55,163 bases of DNA, taken from Octopus sinensis (lineage: Eukaryota). The notes under the pieces are model-generated. The model did not search any database, was not told where the DNA came from, and saw only the letters and a list, made by a program, of their open reading frames with translations. The stretch covers positions 1-55,163 of the forward strand of contig NW_021833777.1 in assembly GCF_006345805.1 (NCBI RefSeq), read 5' to 3'. The first letter of the stretch is position 1. Every line of letters begins with the position of its first letter. The position numbers and the translations under genes are program-made. Shown piece after piece: positions 1-11,072 of this stretch.

Positions 1-85
1 ACCGTAAAGTATGGAGGAGTAAGATTAATGATTTGGGGATGTTTCTGATATAAAGGTGTGGAGAATCTTGTTTCCATTATTATAA
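1..85 (+). mobile_element. Tc1-like transposase fragment
   Basis: Translates TVKYGGVRLMIWGCFLYKGV, matching the Tc1 motif TVKHGGGSVMVWGC; truncated by the window edge. Confidence 0.6.
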
Positions 86-99
86 TTAAAACACCAAGA

Positions 100-270
100 C
101 GACGCTAAAATCTGAACGCAAGTCAAGTAATCCCGGTGCACTCAACCAGGAACCTCATTCTCGCTCGTAGATCTTTCTACGGGCCCAAACAAGAACACAC
201 CAGGCTTCCTCCTCTTTACTTCTGATTCGCCTCTTTTTACCAGACTCATGGGCCGGAATACAGGGTTCTT
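100..270 (-). mobile_element. 3' end remnant of an APE-type LINE family
   Basis: The reverse complement (gtgttcttgtttgggcccgtagaaagatctacgagcgagaatgaggttcctgg) closely resembles 18865-18950, the 3' end of the LINE at 18080-18980. Confidence 0.5.
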
Positions 271-279
271 GTGCTTGAC

Positions 280-540
280 AGGTTCCACTATTCCGTCTCA
301 TGTGAGAATCAATGGTTCATTTTCGCATTGTGGATTAATTTAAATTCGCCTGCCAAGAGATCGTATTTATGTAATTTCTTGAATTTCACATGCTTCATAG
401 ATTGTTGAGAAGTAATCCAAACTTGGATGTGCGTAATGATGTTCCGAGCCTTGTCGCAGACAAACATGTAGGGTTTATTATTACGGACCCTAGTATCCCT
501 GACAGCAGACTTATTAAAGTCCTCGCGAATGGACACTTGT
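280..540 (-). mobile_element. R2-like non-LTR retrotransposon, C-terminal RLE fragment
   Basis: DTRVRNNKPYMFVCDKARNIITHIQVWITS...KLHKYDLLAGEFKLIH...ILT*DGIV is a degenerate PD-(D/E)xK RLE domain, the same family as 36100-36640 and 50919-51438. Confidence 0.65.
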
Positions 541-1009
541 CAATAAACACATAACACACGACATAACTGTGATCTCTATGAACGACCTGTCCTCCTGCTT
601 TAACAGTCTCACCAAGTCATTCAAAAACTGGAAAGAAGAGGAAGTCCTTTCCCCCCGTCCAGCCTCGCAAACAACCTCTCGAACTTGTCAACATCAGACT
701 GGACCATCCCCACTGCTTCTGCCCGCACAGTCCTGTTTTTCCAACTCAAATATGTCACTCTTGGGGTACAATGCCTTAACATAGGCCAACAACATGTGCT
801 CTCTGAGTCTCTTAAGGAAAGAATTGGGGTCACATAGCTTGGAGTAGTGCTGCCAGTAGTTCTCGATGATGACACAACACTACTGACTACAGTATCAAGT
901 TTTTAAAATTAAAATAAATTAGTAAAGTGCCCCATAGTGGGGTTTTGATAATTTCCAAATTTGAAAAATGTACTAAGAAATAAAATCGCCAAAAATATTC
1001 TCAAGAATA

Positions 1010-1225
1010 TCTTCAACGATGAGGTCCTTAAAACCTTTCCGCCAAGAAATCGACAAAAATATTTTCTGGATTTTGCTTAAAATGAACAAAAATGTCCTCT
1101 ACTAACATGATAAGGTACTTTAAACCTTCCCGCCAAAAAAATTAAAAAGTATTTTATACATTTTGGTTAAAATAAACAACTACGATGTCCCAGACTCACA
1201 TAATAAGGTCCTTAAAGTATCGATA
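1010..1225. repeat. Degenerate tandem repeat, about 90-95 bp unit, 2-3 copies
   Basis: Recurring aaggtccttaaa/aaggtactttaaa-acctt(t/c)ccgccaa-aaaa...ttttg(c/g)ttaaaat(g/a)aacaa motifs near 1021, 1113 and 1205. Confidence 0.5.
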
Positions 1226-1942
1226 GCAATCCTGCAAGGTAATTCGCTTGCAATCCGCGGTGCGGCCAATGGCTAATCTTAATTTATGTTAACTTTTTTT
1301 CTTCAATTGACACAATTGACCTGCTACTTTGATTCAAAAATCACGGTTTGTCATGGAACAAGTCAGTAATTAACACTCGTGTGTGATGAACTAGTCAAAG
1401 TTTTGGAGGAACACAAAGAATAAAATTATATAGACGTGGTTGAGGGTCCAGCTTCATTAATCGCACCCGAATTGATGAAATGCCCGAATCTTGTGCAAAA
1501 CAGAAATTTATTCTTTGTAGAAAACTCAATGTGTTCCCACTGCATGAGTTAGAAAAAGACCGTCAACCTCAGTGCCACTAGATGTGAAAAAATGTTTTAT
1601 TAAAGAGATCAAAGCACTTTCGAATAAGGAGTTGCAAGCCTATTTTTTTGACAAGATAAGAAATCGCAATTTTTTGATTGAAATGGGATAAAGAAAAATT
1701 TACTGCAAGTCGAGATTGAAAAAATGTGAAAATAAGACTTTTTGTCCTAAGGGGAAGGATACTAACCGTGAGATAAAGAAAACATTCTAATCTTATAGAA
1801 GTTTCTATTAATTTACAATACCAATTGTCTTTGCTGTATAGTTTTCTCAATTCGAGAATGTATTGCTTTTCTCAAATGATTCGTATTTCATAGCGGATTT
1901 GGATAGAATTCTTTTGTATTCTCCCTTTATGACTATTCATAC

Positions 1943-1974
1943 CAGTTGTTCCCAACCTGGGTTCCGGGGACCCC
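1943..1974 (+). mobile_element. Solo Buster-type hAT terminal inverted repeat
   Basis: CAGTTGTTCCCAACCTGGGTTCCGGGGACCCC resembles the TIR at 43335 (CAGTGGTTCTCACCTGGGGTCCGCG); no partner end found. Confidence 0.45.
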
Positions 1975-2663
1975 TGCTATGTTCTGGTGTCGAAAAATAT
2001 TTAATTTTATTTATGCGAGTCAGGGTTTTCACTTTAGCCAAAACAAAATGTAGAAATAAACTTAATGCTTCACATGATATAAAGATACATTTGTCAACAA
2101 TAACTCCTAACATTGCACAACTATGCTAAGATAACAGATTACCTTAATGTTCACATTAAAAAGGTCTTTCAGTTGCTTTTAAGTTTTTTGGACTTAATAA
2201 GCCTCTCATACGCACACTGATCCCTCTATAAGGAGAAGGTTGTGCTTATTTAAACAAATCTATTAATTACTTCAAAGGTATAATTAACGGTTACATAAAA
2301 ATAACTGTTTAGGTAATTTAAAGATTAAATCTGATTAAATCAAAAAATTTAAGTTCCAAGCAAAGTGTATATAATGAAGATTTGGAGGTCTATGTTGATC
2401 AGCACACACAAACCCACCCACTGTTTCTGCCTTCGAATAGCTAGTTATGACTGTTATTTGTTCCTGACTTTCACCTATGATAATAACTTGGGGGTCATTA
2501 AAAAGAAAAGTGTTGAGAAATACAAACAAACAAATCTTCTATGTCAATTGCTGATGATGTTTGAATATTTTCTAGTTTGAAATATATAAATTAACAATTA
2601 AATTTAAAATATAAACAAAATAATTTATTGTTTCCCAAATTCGCTTCTGGTTTATTGTGTTTG

Positions 2664-3361
2664 ATGGCTGATAAAAACTACACTTTAAAACACACAAAAA
2701 GTCTATCTGAATACGCAAAATATTTAAGCAAAAAAAACACAAAAAAGTCAGAGAAAACAACAGCGGAACCCCTAAAGCAAAGAGATTTGAAGGTAATGAA
2801 CATGACTGACCCTAACAGCCTGATTTGGACTCAAAATTAGGGCAAATCCGTATGGTGACAGCCTCGGCACCCACCTCTTCCCAACCAGGGTACTAAAAGT
2901 GAAACACGCAGATATTTTTGCGAGGTTTGTGACTGCCTGATAAAGGACTCGACCAACTACCTCGACCATATCAACGGAAAAAAGCGTATTCCTCAAATGT
3001 GACCTCTGCAGACCAGAAGAACCTGGGAATGTCGATGAAGGTGGAAAAGTCGAGCGTCTCCCAAGTGCGTGAGCGAATCGAGGCCAATCGGATGTCGAGG
3101 CATGTCCCCGAGTACGACATCCATGAACGACTGGCAGTATTGTTAGAGGAGAAGGAGAAGAGGAAGGAAAATAGGAAGGAGAGGAGGAAGGAGATGAAGG
3201 ACAAGAAGAAGAGAGCAGTGGAAGTTGATGCAGATGGGGCGTATATTGCTTCTGTTCTCGGCTTCTCCTCCTTTGGTAAACGCACGGTCAATGCCCCCGA
3301 TGAAATTGAGGAACCAGATGTCGCCAAAATCATGGGATTTTCTGGTTTCGGTAAGCAGTGA
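2664..3361 (+). CDS. ZMAT2: Zinc finger matrin-type protein 2 (Snu23, U4/U6.U5 tri-snRNP component), 4 exons
   Basis: Removing GT-AG introns 2793-2818 (26 nt), 2890-2911 (22 nt) and 2986-3011 (26 nt) gives one open frame: ...[22 protein letters not shown]...[49 protein letters not shown]...MGFSGFGKQ*. The start ATG at 2664 is the best guess. Confidence 0.92.
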
Positions 3362-3441
3362 CAGTCAACCAACGTTGTCCTTACTTTAGTAACGTGTTAA
3401 TTACCAACTGAGTATTAACCAATTATTATGATCGCATAGGC

Positions 3442-3704
3442 CAGTGGTGATTTTTGGTCGATTTCATTTTGCGATTTTTGATCGATCGACTTGTTTATTT
3501 TAATAACAAAATTTTTATCTTATAATTAAAAGTTGATGGGATTTTTGGAATTGTAATTCTCTGGCTCATATGAGCTTAGTGCTATTCTCATGCAATCGGC
3601 AAGATGGTTATCCGTTTAAACGGGTCCTGTATTGAGATTTGATCAAATAAAAAATCTAATTACCAATTTACATATCGAGGCGATCGACTGGTTGTTCACT
3701 CCTG
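3442..3704. mobile_element. hAT (Buster-type) MITE
   Basis: Ends CAGTGGTGA...TTCACTCCTG, flanked by 8-bp GCATAGGC/GCATAGGA (7/8 match, TA at positions 4-5 as in Buster TSDs); no coding capacity. Confidence 0.65.
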
Positions 3705-3713
3705 GCATAGGAT

Positions 3714-4345
3714 TGTTGTTGTTGTGCATAACCCCGGTCTCACATTAGGGTATGAGACCGGCGGCTAGCAGAAACAACAGCGCCTTCGCGGTTGCTCCCA
3801 AAGGACCTCGGGGGAGTGGACAGCAAAATTTCCTGCGGACAGGGAGGAGAACAGGGCAGCGGAAAAGGTGGTCAGTTGAGTGATCTTCGGCACAGCAGAG
3901 GTTGCATACCGGGGAGATCACGGCGTTCAATGAGTGAGCGTAGGAGTTTAGTGAGTGGTGGTGGCCCGAGCGGAAACGAGCAAGTTGATCTGAGCGGAAC
4001 GCTCCAGAAGCATTTCGGAGGGGTGAACTTCTGGAGGAAGTTTGTTGAGGACAGAGTTAGGCTTCAGCCTTAGAATGGACGACGTTGAAATGAAGTCGTG
4101 GATTTTTTCATTGGCTGTGAACATTGGTTTAGGCCATTGATTTTGGCAAGTACCGGGAGTATTGTTTGGCAGGCGTGTTCTTCAATGCACGGCCGTTGTC
4201 ATTTAGCGTGTTTAGGGCAGTGCAAAGGGTGGTAGAATTTTCGCGAAGCGAATAGGAATTCTGCTCCTCTCATGTTTAGATGTTCCTCTATCGGAGGAGG
4301 TGTTGGTTTCACAGTGCAGATGGTCGATGGGTGTTGATTCAGGCA
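3714..4345 (-). mobile_element. 5'-truncated APE-type LINE (I/ingi-like C-terminus with CCHC knuckle)
   Basis: ...RFRSGHHHSLNSYAHSLNAVISPVCNLCCAEDHSTDHLFRCP; 3' tail aacaaacaacaa; exact 13-bp TSD CCTGGCATAGGAT at 3701-3713 and 4346-4358. Confidence 0.8.
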
Positions 4346-4439
4346 CCTGGCATAGGATAATTCAGTACTAAATGCTTTTGTATTATATTTGACGTATTCA
4401 ATTCCTTTTGATATTACTTTAGTGTTAGTTTGATTAATT

Positions 4440-6370
4440 TCAAATCATGGTTGGAATCATAGAACCACTGTCCACGTCGTATAGACGTTCGATTAGACTG
4501 CGTAGGATTTGGACGTTCAAAGTTCGGTTCAGAGCAAATTTCTTCTTTCCCAATGAAAGTCCTCTGTAGTTGATCAAATTCATTATTTGGTTTACCACGA
4601 AAGTTGTATTTATGATCGAAAATGTTATTTTATTTGTAGGAAAAAATTAGATGCTGGCTGTTTATTTACTCCTCCAATGAATCAATTACCATTAAAACCA
4701 ATTACATTAACCAAGGCTGTATATTTTGGAAATACCGGGGCACTCACCTGCCATGGCTATCAGTCACTACCTTTTGTTCAAAACCCATAGCTTCTCCCAT
4801 CCCAATATAACATTGGCAACAGAAAACCCTTAAATTCTAATTACCGCAAAGAACTTGAACTGTTATAAAATCCCGTAAACCTTCAAATTTCAATCCATGG
4901 CGGAATATCCCACGAATAGTCGGGAAGCGTGGACCATCCTTATAATTATGAGAAGGTAATTCAACCTATCAAATACATTTTTTTCACAAATTACGTCAAC
5001 TTCCTCTTTGACATCACAGTCATCTTAAACGCAACGTTGCCATACTCATATTACGGCATGCGTAAACCTAATATCACAAGTTAATAATTTATATCACAGT
5101 CCAGAGCTGCTAGGCGAGGTTTAAAATATTAATAAATTTTATAAAAATTACATTTCTGAAGTTCTTTTGTTGTTCTCTTGAGTAAATATCTAAAATTATT
5201 AATTTTGTATTAAGAGATCGTGCTTTTTCGCAAAACAACATAGCATCAAAATCATTAATTGAACGTAGCGTTTTATGATTTTATTTAAATTTCCACGGAA
5301 AATGATGTAGAGAAAGGGGACCTCCTACCTTCCCTTGATCACATTACCAATGAAAAAATCTTCATTATGTAAAACCCTTCCGAAAACAAATGATGTGGGG
5401 TGAGCGACGGTAGGAGGCTGACAAATAGGAACTGGGTATACCAATATTCTCCACCTCTCTTTGAATCCGGAAGGCTGTATTAAAGATTTGGAGGCTTATG
5501 CTGATCGACACAGACAGTTCCTTCTTTCCTTAGCTTCTTCATTCGATTAGTTAGCTGTGACTGTTTGTGCTGGGTTTGCTATGCAAGCTTGGGGGTTAAT
5601 AAAAAAATAAAATAATGATCAACCAGACTATTTTAGTGATAAATTTATTAAAAATGTTAATTAAAATTTTAATTTGCCATTATTAGAAGTAATTGTCTTG
5701 CAATCCATGAAGCGGCATTAAAATAGAACATGATTTTGTATTAACTTTCCATTCTAAATTAATTTGCTGATAAAAAAACTAAAATTGCACTCCAATATCA
5801 GAAGACTTGCTGAAAGTAAACCCATGTTTTGATGCATGTTTTTCAAAATCAAAAAATAAGAGAATCAAAATTATGATAACCTCTTTACCCGGGTTATACG
5901 TACAGTGTTTTTCTGTTTCTTCATCAATAGTGATCATTTCCTCCTCAGGTTGTTACTTTATATCTTTGTGTTGAAACTTGGTCGTATAGGAGCCCTGACG
6001 TCTCGCAGCTCTGGACTGTGACAATTTATAATAAAAATATAAATAATAAACCAAATTGGGTCAAAATCCAGTTATATTACTCACCCCTGTCTCTATATTT
6101 AGTAGTTCTTAAAGCTTGTGTAACTCATATTAAAATAGGATATGCAAAGTTATAGGCAGGATATACTAAAAATGGAGGAATATGATTATACTTGTATTCA
6201 AGTCTGTACGTACATGGGATCATTCTTGAAACGATAAGAAGTCTCTCATACAGCCATTTAATGTTTCATGTTAATTTGGGCTTGCACCAATGAAACTAGC
6301 CCCATCAAGGGTGCCAAAATGGTCGGAAGTATGACTCAAAATATCAAAATCAACTCCAATAACTTCCAAC
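4440..6370 (-). pseudogene. EPRS: Cytosolic glutamyl-tRNA synthetase (GluRS/EPRS catalytic region) pseudogene, interrupted by a transposon
   Basis: Colinear motifs ELEVIGVDFDILSHTSDHF, DPMY, YNFAYPI..VTQALRTTKYRDR, YEYG..FKMTVMSKRKLT*FV, DGPRFPTIRGIFRHGLKFEGLRDFITVQ, GWEKLWVLNK; multiple stops, deletions and short introns. Confidence 0.85.
5092..6023. mobile_element. Non-autonomous Ginger/TDD-like TIR element (932 bp)
   Basis: TIRs TATCACAGTCCAGAGCTGC / GCAGCTCTGGACTGTGACA; 5-bp TSD ATTTA at 5087-5091 and 6024-6028; inserted in an intron of the GluRS pseudogene. Confidence 0.8.
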
Positions 6371-6379
6371 TCTTTTAAA

Positions 6380-6960
6380 ATCACTGATTTATAAATAAAT
6401 GTTTTTTACTTTTAAAAAAAGAGTCTTTTTAAAAAATATTATTTCAACAAATTGTAATTATCATCAATTTTTTGATGGAAAACTTTCAAAAATAATTGAA
6501 TTTCATCACGAATGCACAAGTTTTCTTCGCCATTAAGGATTTTTAATGAGTTCATGTGTTTTTTTAATTGGTTGAACAACCATTCGATATGCTTTAAAGC
6601 TTTGACAATTTTATTTAACTGAAATTTTCATATCAACGATGTAAAAAAAGTAAAATTACTAATTTTTTAGATAAGATGACCAGAAACCTGAATATTTTTG
6701 AGCTGTAATTGTTTAAAAAATGTCGAAAACTTTACTATCAAATGTTTTAAAAATATCGTAAGTTGTTGTTTCAGACTGAAACTTTTGGAATAATGTTTCC
6801 ACAGGTAAATTTTGTTCTAAATCGAAGTTTTAATTCAAAAGCAATTATTTATTCCAGGCAGAGATCCTACAAAGCGTTTCTAAAACTGAGATATTTCAGC
6901 CTAAAGACTGTTCCAAATCAAAATTGGACTGCACTATTTTATTAGGAAAGGGTATTTGTT
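6380..6960 (-). mobile_element. pogo/Tigger-like transposase N-terminal remnant
   Basis: Nucleotide similarity to 54560-54960 (ttttaaaaatatcgt.agtt.ttgtttcag.c.gaaa.tttggaataatgtt.ccacagg), which encodes the CENP-B HTH region; frameshifted. Confidence 0.7.
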
Positions 6961-7823
6961 CACCTTTGATTTTTTTAAATGATTGTACTGATCACAGAAT
7001 CGTTGATGTATATATTGAATATAAAAATAGAATAGTTAAACAAAATGTTAAATAGTAAGTATTAATCATGAAAAATGGAAGAATATGAATCTTCTATTAT
7101 TTTTTCTAGCTTTAATCAGCATTAATAAATTCCACAGAACTTAATTACACAAAAAAGAGATATAAAAAGAAATCAAACAACCACTCATATCGAATTTCAC
7201 TGGAATTAATATTTTCGACTACTCGTCTAATCAGATCATTCAAGCAAGTATTGGGTTTCCTCTATACAATCATTTTTATTACAAATTAACAAAAACCGTA
7301 ATGTTTCAATTCTTTAAAATTAGACAACTTAGAAATTCCATGACTAGAGAAATTGCTAGGATGAGTAGTTTTCAGTTTATGTTCAAAATAAACAACGAAA
7401 TGACAGTATATGCCTATGGGATACAATTGAGACAAAAATCTAACAAACAACCAATTCGGCTTTTCAATGTTGTCTAGTCTCAAATACAGTCAACTTCGGG
7501 AACACAAATATTAGGAAGCTGACAATCTGTGATATTCGGAGGCAGAATTTTATATGTTTTTAAAACTAAAAACTCTGTGTATAGTACTACACCAACCTTG
7601 ACTGCATTAAAATGAATACTTCTTGAATTTTTTTACCAATTTTGTGATTATATGATTTGAGATAAGCAGGACTCAAATATGTGAGATAATTCCGATTTAC
7701 ATCCAAATACTTCCACCCACCTGTCTGACACATTTCAAGACCATATGCAAACAGGCTAACGTTATAAATACATTTCCTATACTTTAATTCGTATCTTAAA
7801 ACTCGACGTCGACGATGCTCATT

Positions 7824-8733
7824 TCAGGATATTTGCTCATGAATAATCTCGGAAATGGAAAAACGTCCATTCTTGACGCCAGCAAATCCATGTGATTGAA
7901 CATTAACCGAGTTTGAGAATCTCGGAAATACAAATTGGCAGAAAAGAACTTTTAAATCCTTTTGAGGGACATTTAGACTCCCAAGTACCTCCTCAGAATA
8001 GTTCATCATATTTTGAAGGAAATATTTGATAATGTTCTTTTCATCCAACATTTTAATGGCTTCATCAAGATTTAGTGGTCTTTGGGGACAATTGACAGGA
8101 TAATGTTTTGACAGAGTGTCCTGGCATGTCAAGGCTTTGGAAACCAGAATATGACGACATTCAGAAGCCATTATGTCTGTGTCGCAATCGGGAGTGTTTG
8201 TGCTAAACATGAATAATTGGACTACTATTGAACAACTGGAGAGTTTAATTAGTAGGGATACATACCATTGTCATTTGCACCTTAAGAAGATACGATTGTT
8301 CATTTTCAACAATTTGGCTTTGCTCTGATGTGTGAATTTGGTCTTTTCTTTCAACATGTGAATTTCGGTGCTCGTTTATTTGAGAAGTTCTTTTTCTAAA
8401 AATATATATTGTTAGACTTGAATTTAAAATTAAATATAAAATAATATCAATTAAAAATCAACTGGAAAAAGGTCCGATGTTGTAGTCCTCTTGATTCACT
8501 TCTTCCACCGAACAGGGATCAATTTCGCTTTCGAGGGATAAATCTAAACAAATTTTACTTAAGAAAACTTTTTGTGGTTTGACAGTAATCAATAGATCGC
8601 GCCATGTTCTTGACTTGGAAACTTGTTCTTGCGGATAGTTCAGTAAATCGAGAATTTCGTCCATGCCTTCGTTATTTGGACTTTTGAACGAGTCCGATGT
8701 CCGATAGAACTTCATCCTGGTTAGGTTATACAT
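7824..8733 (-). CDS. Unidentified multi-exon gene or pseudogene
   Basis: Two ORFs (91 and 128 aa) with higher GC than the flanks, separated by GT-AG intron-like segments whose phases do not join cleanly; no recognisable family. Confidence 0.35.
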
Positions 8734-9124
8734 TTATTTTTACATGTTAAAAATGTTTTCAATGCCGATATTTTGATGATTACTTTCTTTCATCTCAGCA
8801 CTTAAATAATAAATACATTTTATTAAGAAATTAAAAAACAAATTTATTAAAAATTTATTAAATTTTTCTGTTGTGAATGATTTTGAAAACTACAATTCTC
8901 AGTAGAATATAATTTAGTCGAGGTACTGATAGACTCTCCTGATGAAGATTTGAAATAAGTATTACATAATAATTTGATTAAATAGATTACTAATAAATTT
9001 GTAAATATGACAATATTCAATTCAAAATGTAGCTGTGACTCAGTGTTGAAATCAACAGTGTTTAATCATTTTTTACAAATTTAAAGTAAATCAAAGACAG
9101 TTAGAAAAGGAGAAAGTTTGTTTA

Positions 9125-9230
9125 AGTCTACGCAGTTTAGAGCGCTCTCCCAGCCTCACGGAGTGCGGAACAGTTTGCCGCGGATTACGGTAATGAGAGG
9201 CGTTGAAGAAGCCCACTTTAAAAGATTCCA
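9125..9230 (-). mobile_element. CRE-clade retrotransposon 3' end remnant
   Basis: Degenerate QRLSxxVIRG terminal motif, similar at nucleotide level to 22990-23060 and 28510-28580. Confidence 0.45.
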
Positions 9231-9922
9231 GGATGTTTAATTAATTGAATTTATTCTACTAAACTTTTAATAATGTTAGGTTTGAAGTAGGAAAGGCCAT
9301 TTAGAGGTCAATGAAAATTCAAGAAAAAGCACTGTTGAACAACTTTTGGTACTTTAGAGTAAAGATATTCCGACCAATTGGAATCAAACGTAATGTTTAT
9401 ATTAGAGAAATTAAGCAAAATCAATTTGCACTAAAATGCAATGTGGTGGGGGCTAAATTTCGATGATGAGTTTTCATTTGATCGATTTCCACATCGATAT
9501 GATGTTTTAGACTCGCACGCTTAAAGTTCAAGAGCTAAAAAAGTACACTCAAAGGACAACACCTCTGAAGTAGCACTAAAACACTCAAAAAGGATGGCTG
9601 AAAGAATTGAGTCAATCTACGGATGCATATGTAAAATGTATTTTTAAAGTCGATAATATTGTTAAATGTTGGCACTTGTGCTGTATGAGTGTGAAATCAA
9701 CGACTTTCAGTGCGTTTTACAAAAACACCTTGGGATTTTATGTTATGCACTGGCCTGCCAGAATTTCGAATGCTGGACTTTACAACAAATGCACAAGTAG
9801 GCCTCTAAGCCTGGACAGCCTGTTCATGCAGAATACTCTTTTATTGTTATCATAATTAATTAAAGTTTTAATTAATTATATTTTCGACATTTGAATAATT
9901 TATCATTTGTAGTTCTAGTGGC

Positions 9923-10638
9923 ATGTACGGACAAGAACTCTCTCGATGAAAACGAGTATCAAATATTTTAATATCACTATTTTGTGGCCGAAGGTCTACT
10001 AAGAAATGAATAAAGTCAACAATGATGAGAATATTCCGTGAAGAGGGATTATCGGATGTCTCCATTCGTCATCATCCAAAGAAGATTGAAATTGTCCTAT
10101 GGCCACTCGCCCTCAGCAAATCGCTGCTGATCGGGATTGAAGATTAGAGAAATGAAAGGACTGATATCTTCTCGCTTTGGATTCCCCACAGATCAAATCG
10201 AAGTACCCTATTGTTAGTTAGTCAAGATATCTGTCGAACGTCTACAAGATAAAGGGCTAGTGCAGTGGCACAGGTGGAGTCTATTCGTTACAAGCTGATA
10301 AGTGGTTGGCGGTGAGGGAGGCAGCCATTCGACTATCAAGTTGTGCAGGGGGGCGGGTGCAAACGGAGTTGAGGTCAAAGTGTCCGGAAAACTTCGCGGT
10401 CAGAGGGCAGGTGTTCTAAATTGTGGACGGTTATTTGATTCACTCCGGAGATGCTCCCAACTACTATTTGACGGGCTGTGACAGGGATTCAGATGAAAAT
10501 CAGGTAATGACTATTCATATTTGTAGGGTGTCATCGGTATGACAAGTCACTATTATGAAGCCACATGACCCAACTGGCGTCAAGGGACCTAAAAAATTGT
10601 TGCCTGACAGTGTCACTATCATTAATCCTAGGATTTGA
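9923..10638 (+). pseudogene. RPS3: 40S ribosomal protein S3 (uS3), frameshifted, intron-retaining copy
   Basis: FVAEGLLRNE...RIFREEGLSDV...MATRPQQ...KIREMKGLISSRFGFPTDQIE|ISVERLQDKGL...VESIRYKLISG...GVEVKVSGKLRGQRA...DGYLIHSGD...|GVIG...KPHDPTGVKGPKKLLPDSVTIINP; introns 10203-10226 (24 nt) and 10504-10526 (23 nt); many 1-bp indels. Confidence 0.9.
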
Positions 10639-11072
10639 CTAATAAATCCTAAGGACAAGTCATCTAAAGTTTAACAATGATTCTCTATTTGGTTTATTGC
10701 TTCTTCTTTTACTGAATTCAAATATCATTTTTATTTTTTTGTTGTTACATGCATGTTGGTTTTTGACCATATGACCAGAAACTTTTCTGACGACCAATCT
10801 ACAGAGATTCATAACAGTTCCGTGTTGTTTTCATGGAGTAATAATATACCAAGCAGTACTTTCTGGTAATGTCAACAGTAAAAATCTTTCCATATTTTTT
10901 ACCTTTTTGGTAGGCTGTTACAACTTTTTGTTTTAGGTCCAAAGAATACTCTTTCCTTGTATTTACATTATATTAATCAGAATCCATTAATTATTTTCAT
11001 TGAAATTGTAGCTAATCAATCATTTCCAGGTAAAAAGAAGCTACCAACAAAAAGAAGTAAAGAAGGATAATC

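Noticed and set aside
2971-3372. Antisense ORFs overlapping real coding regions (2971-3372, 23281-23751, 23579-24343, 39446-39766)
   Set aside because: Shadow frames of GC-richer genes or elements, with no independent motifs.
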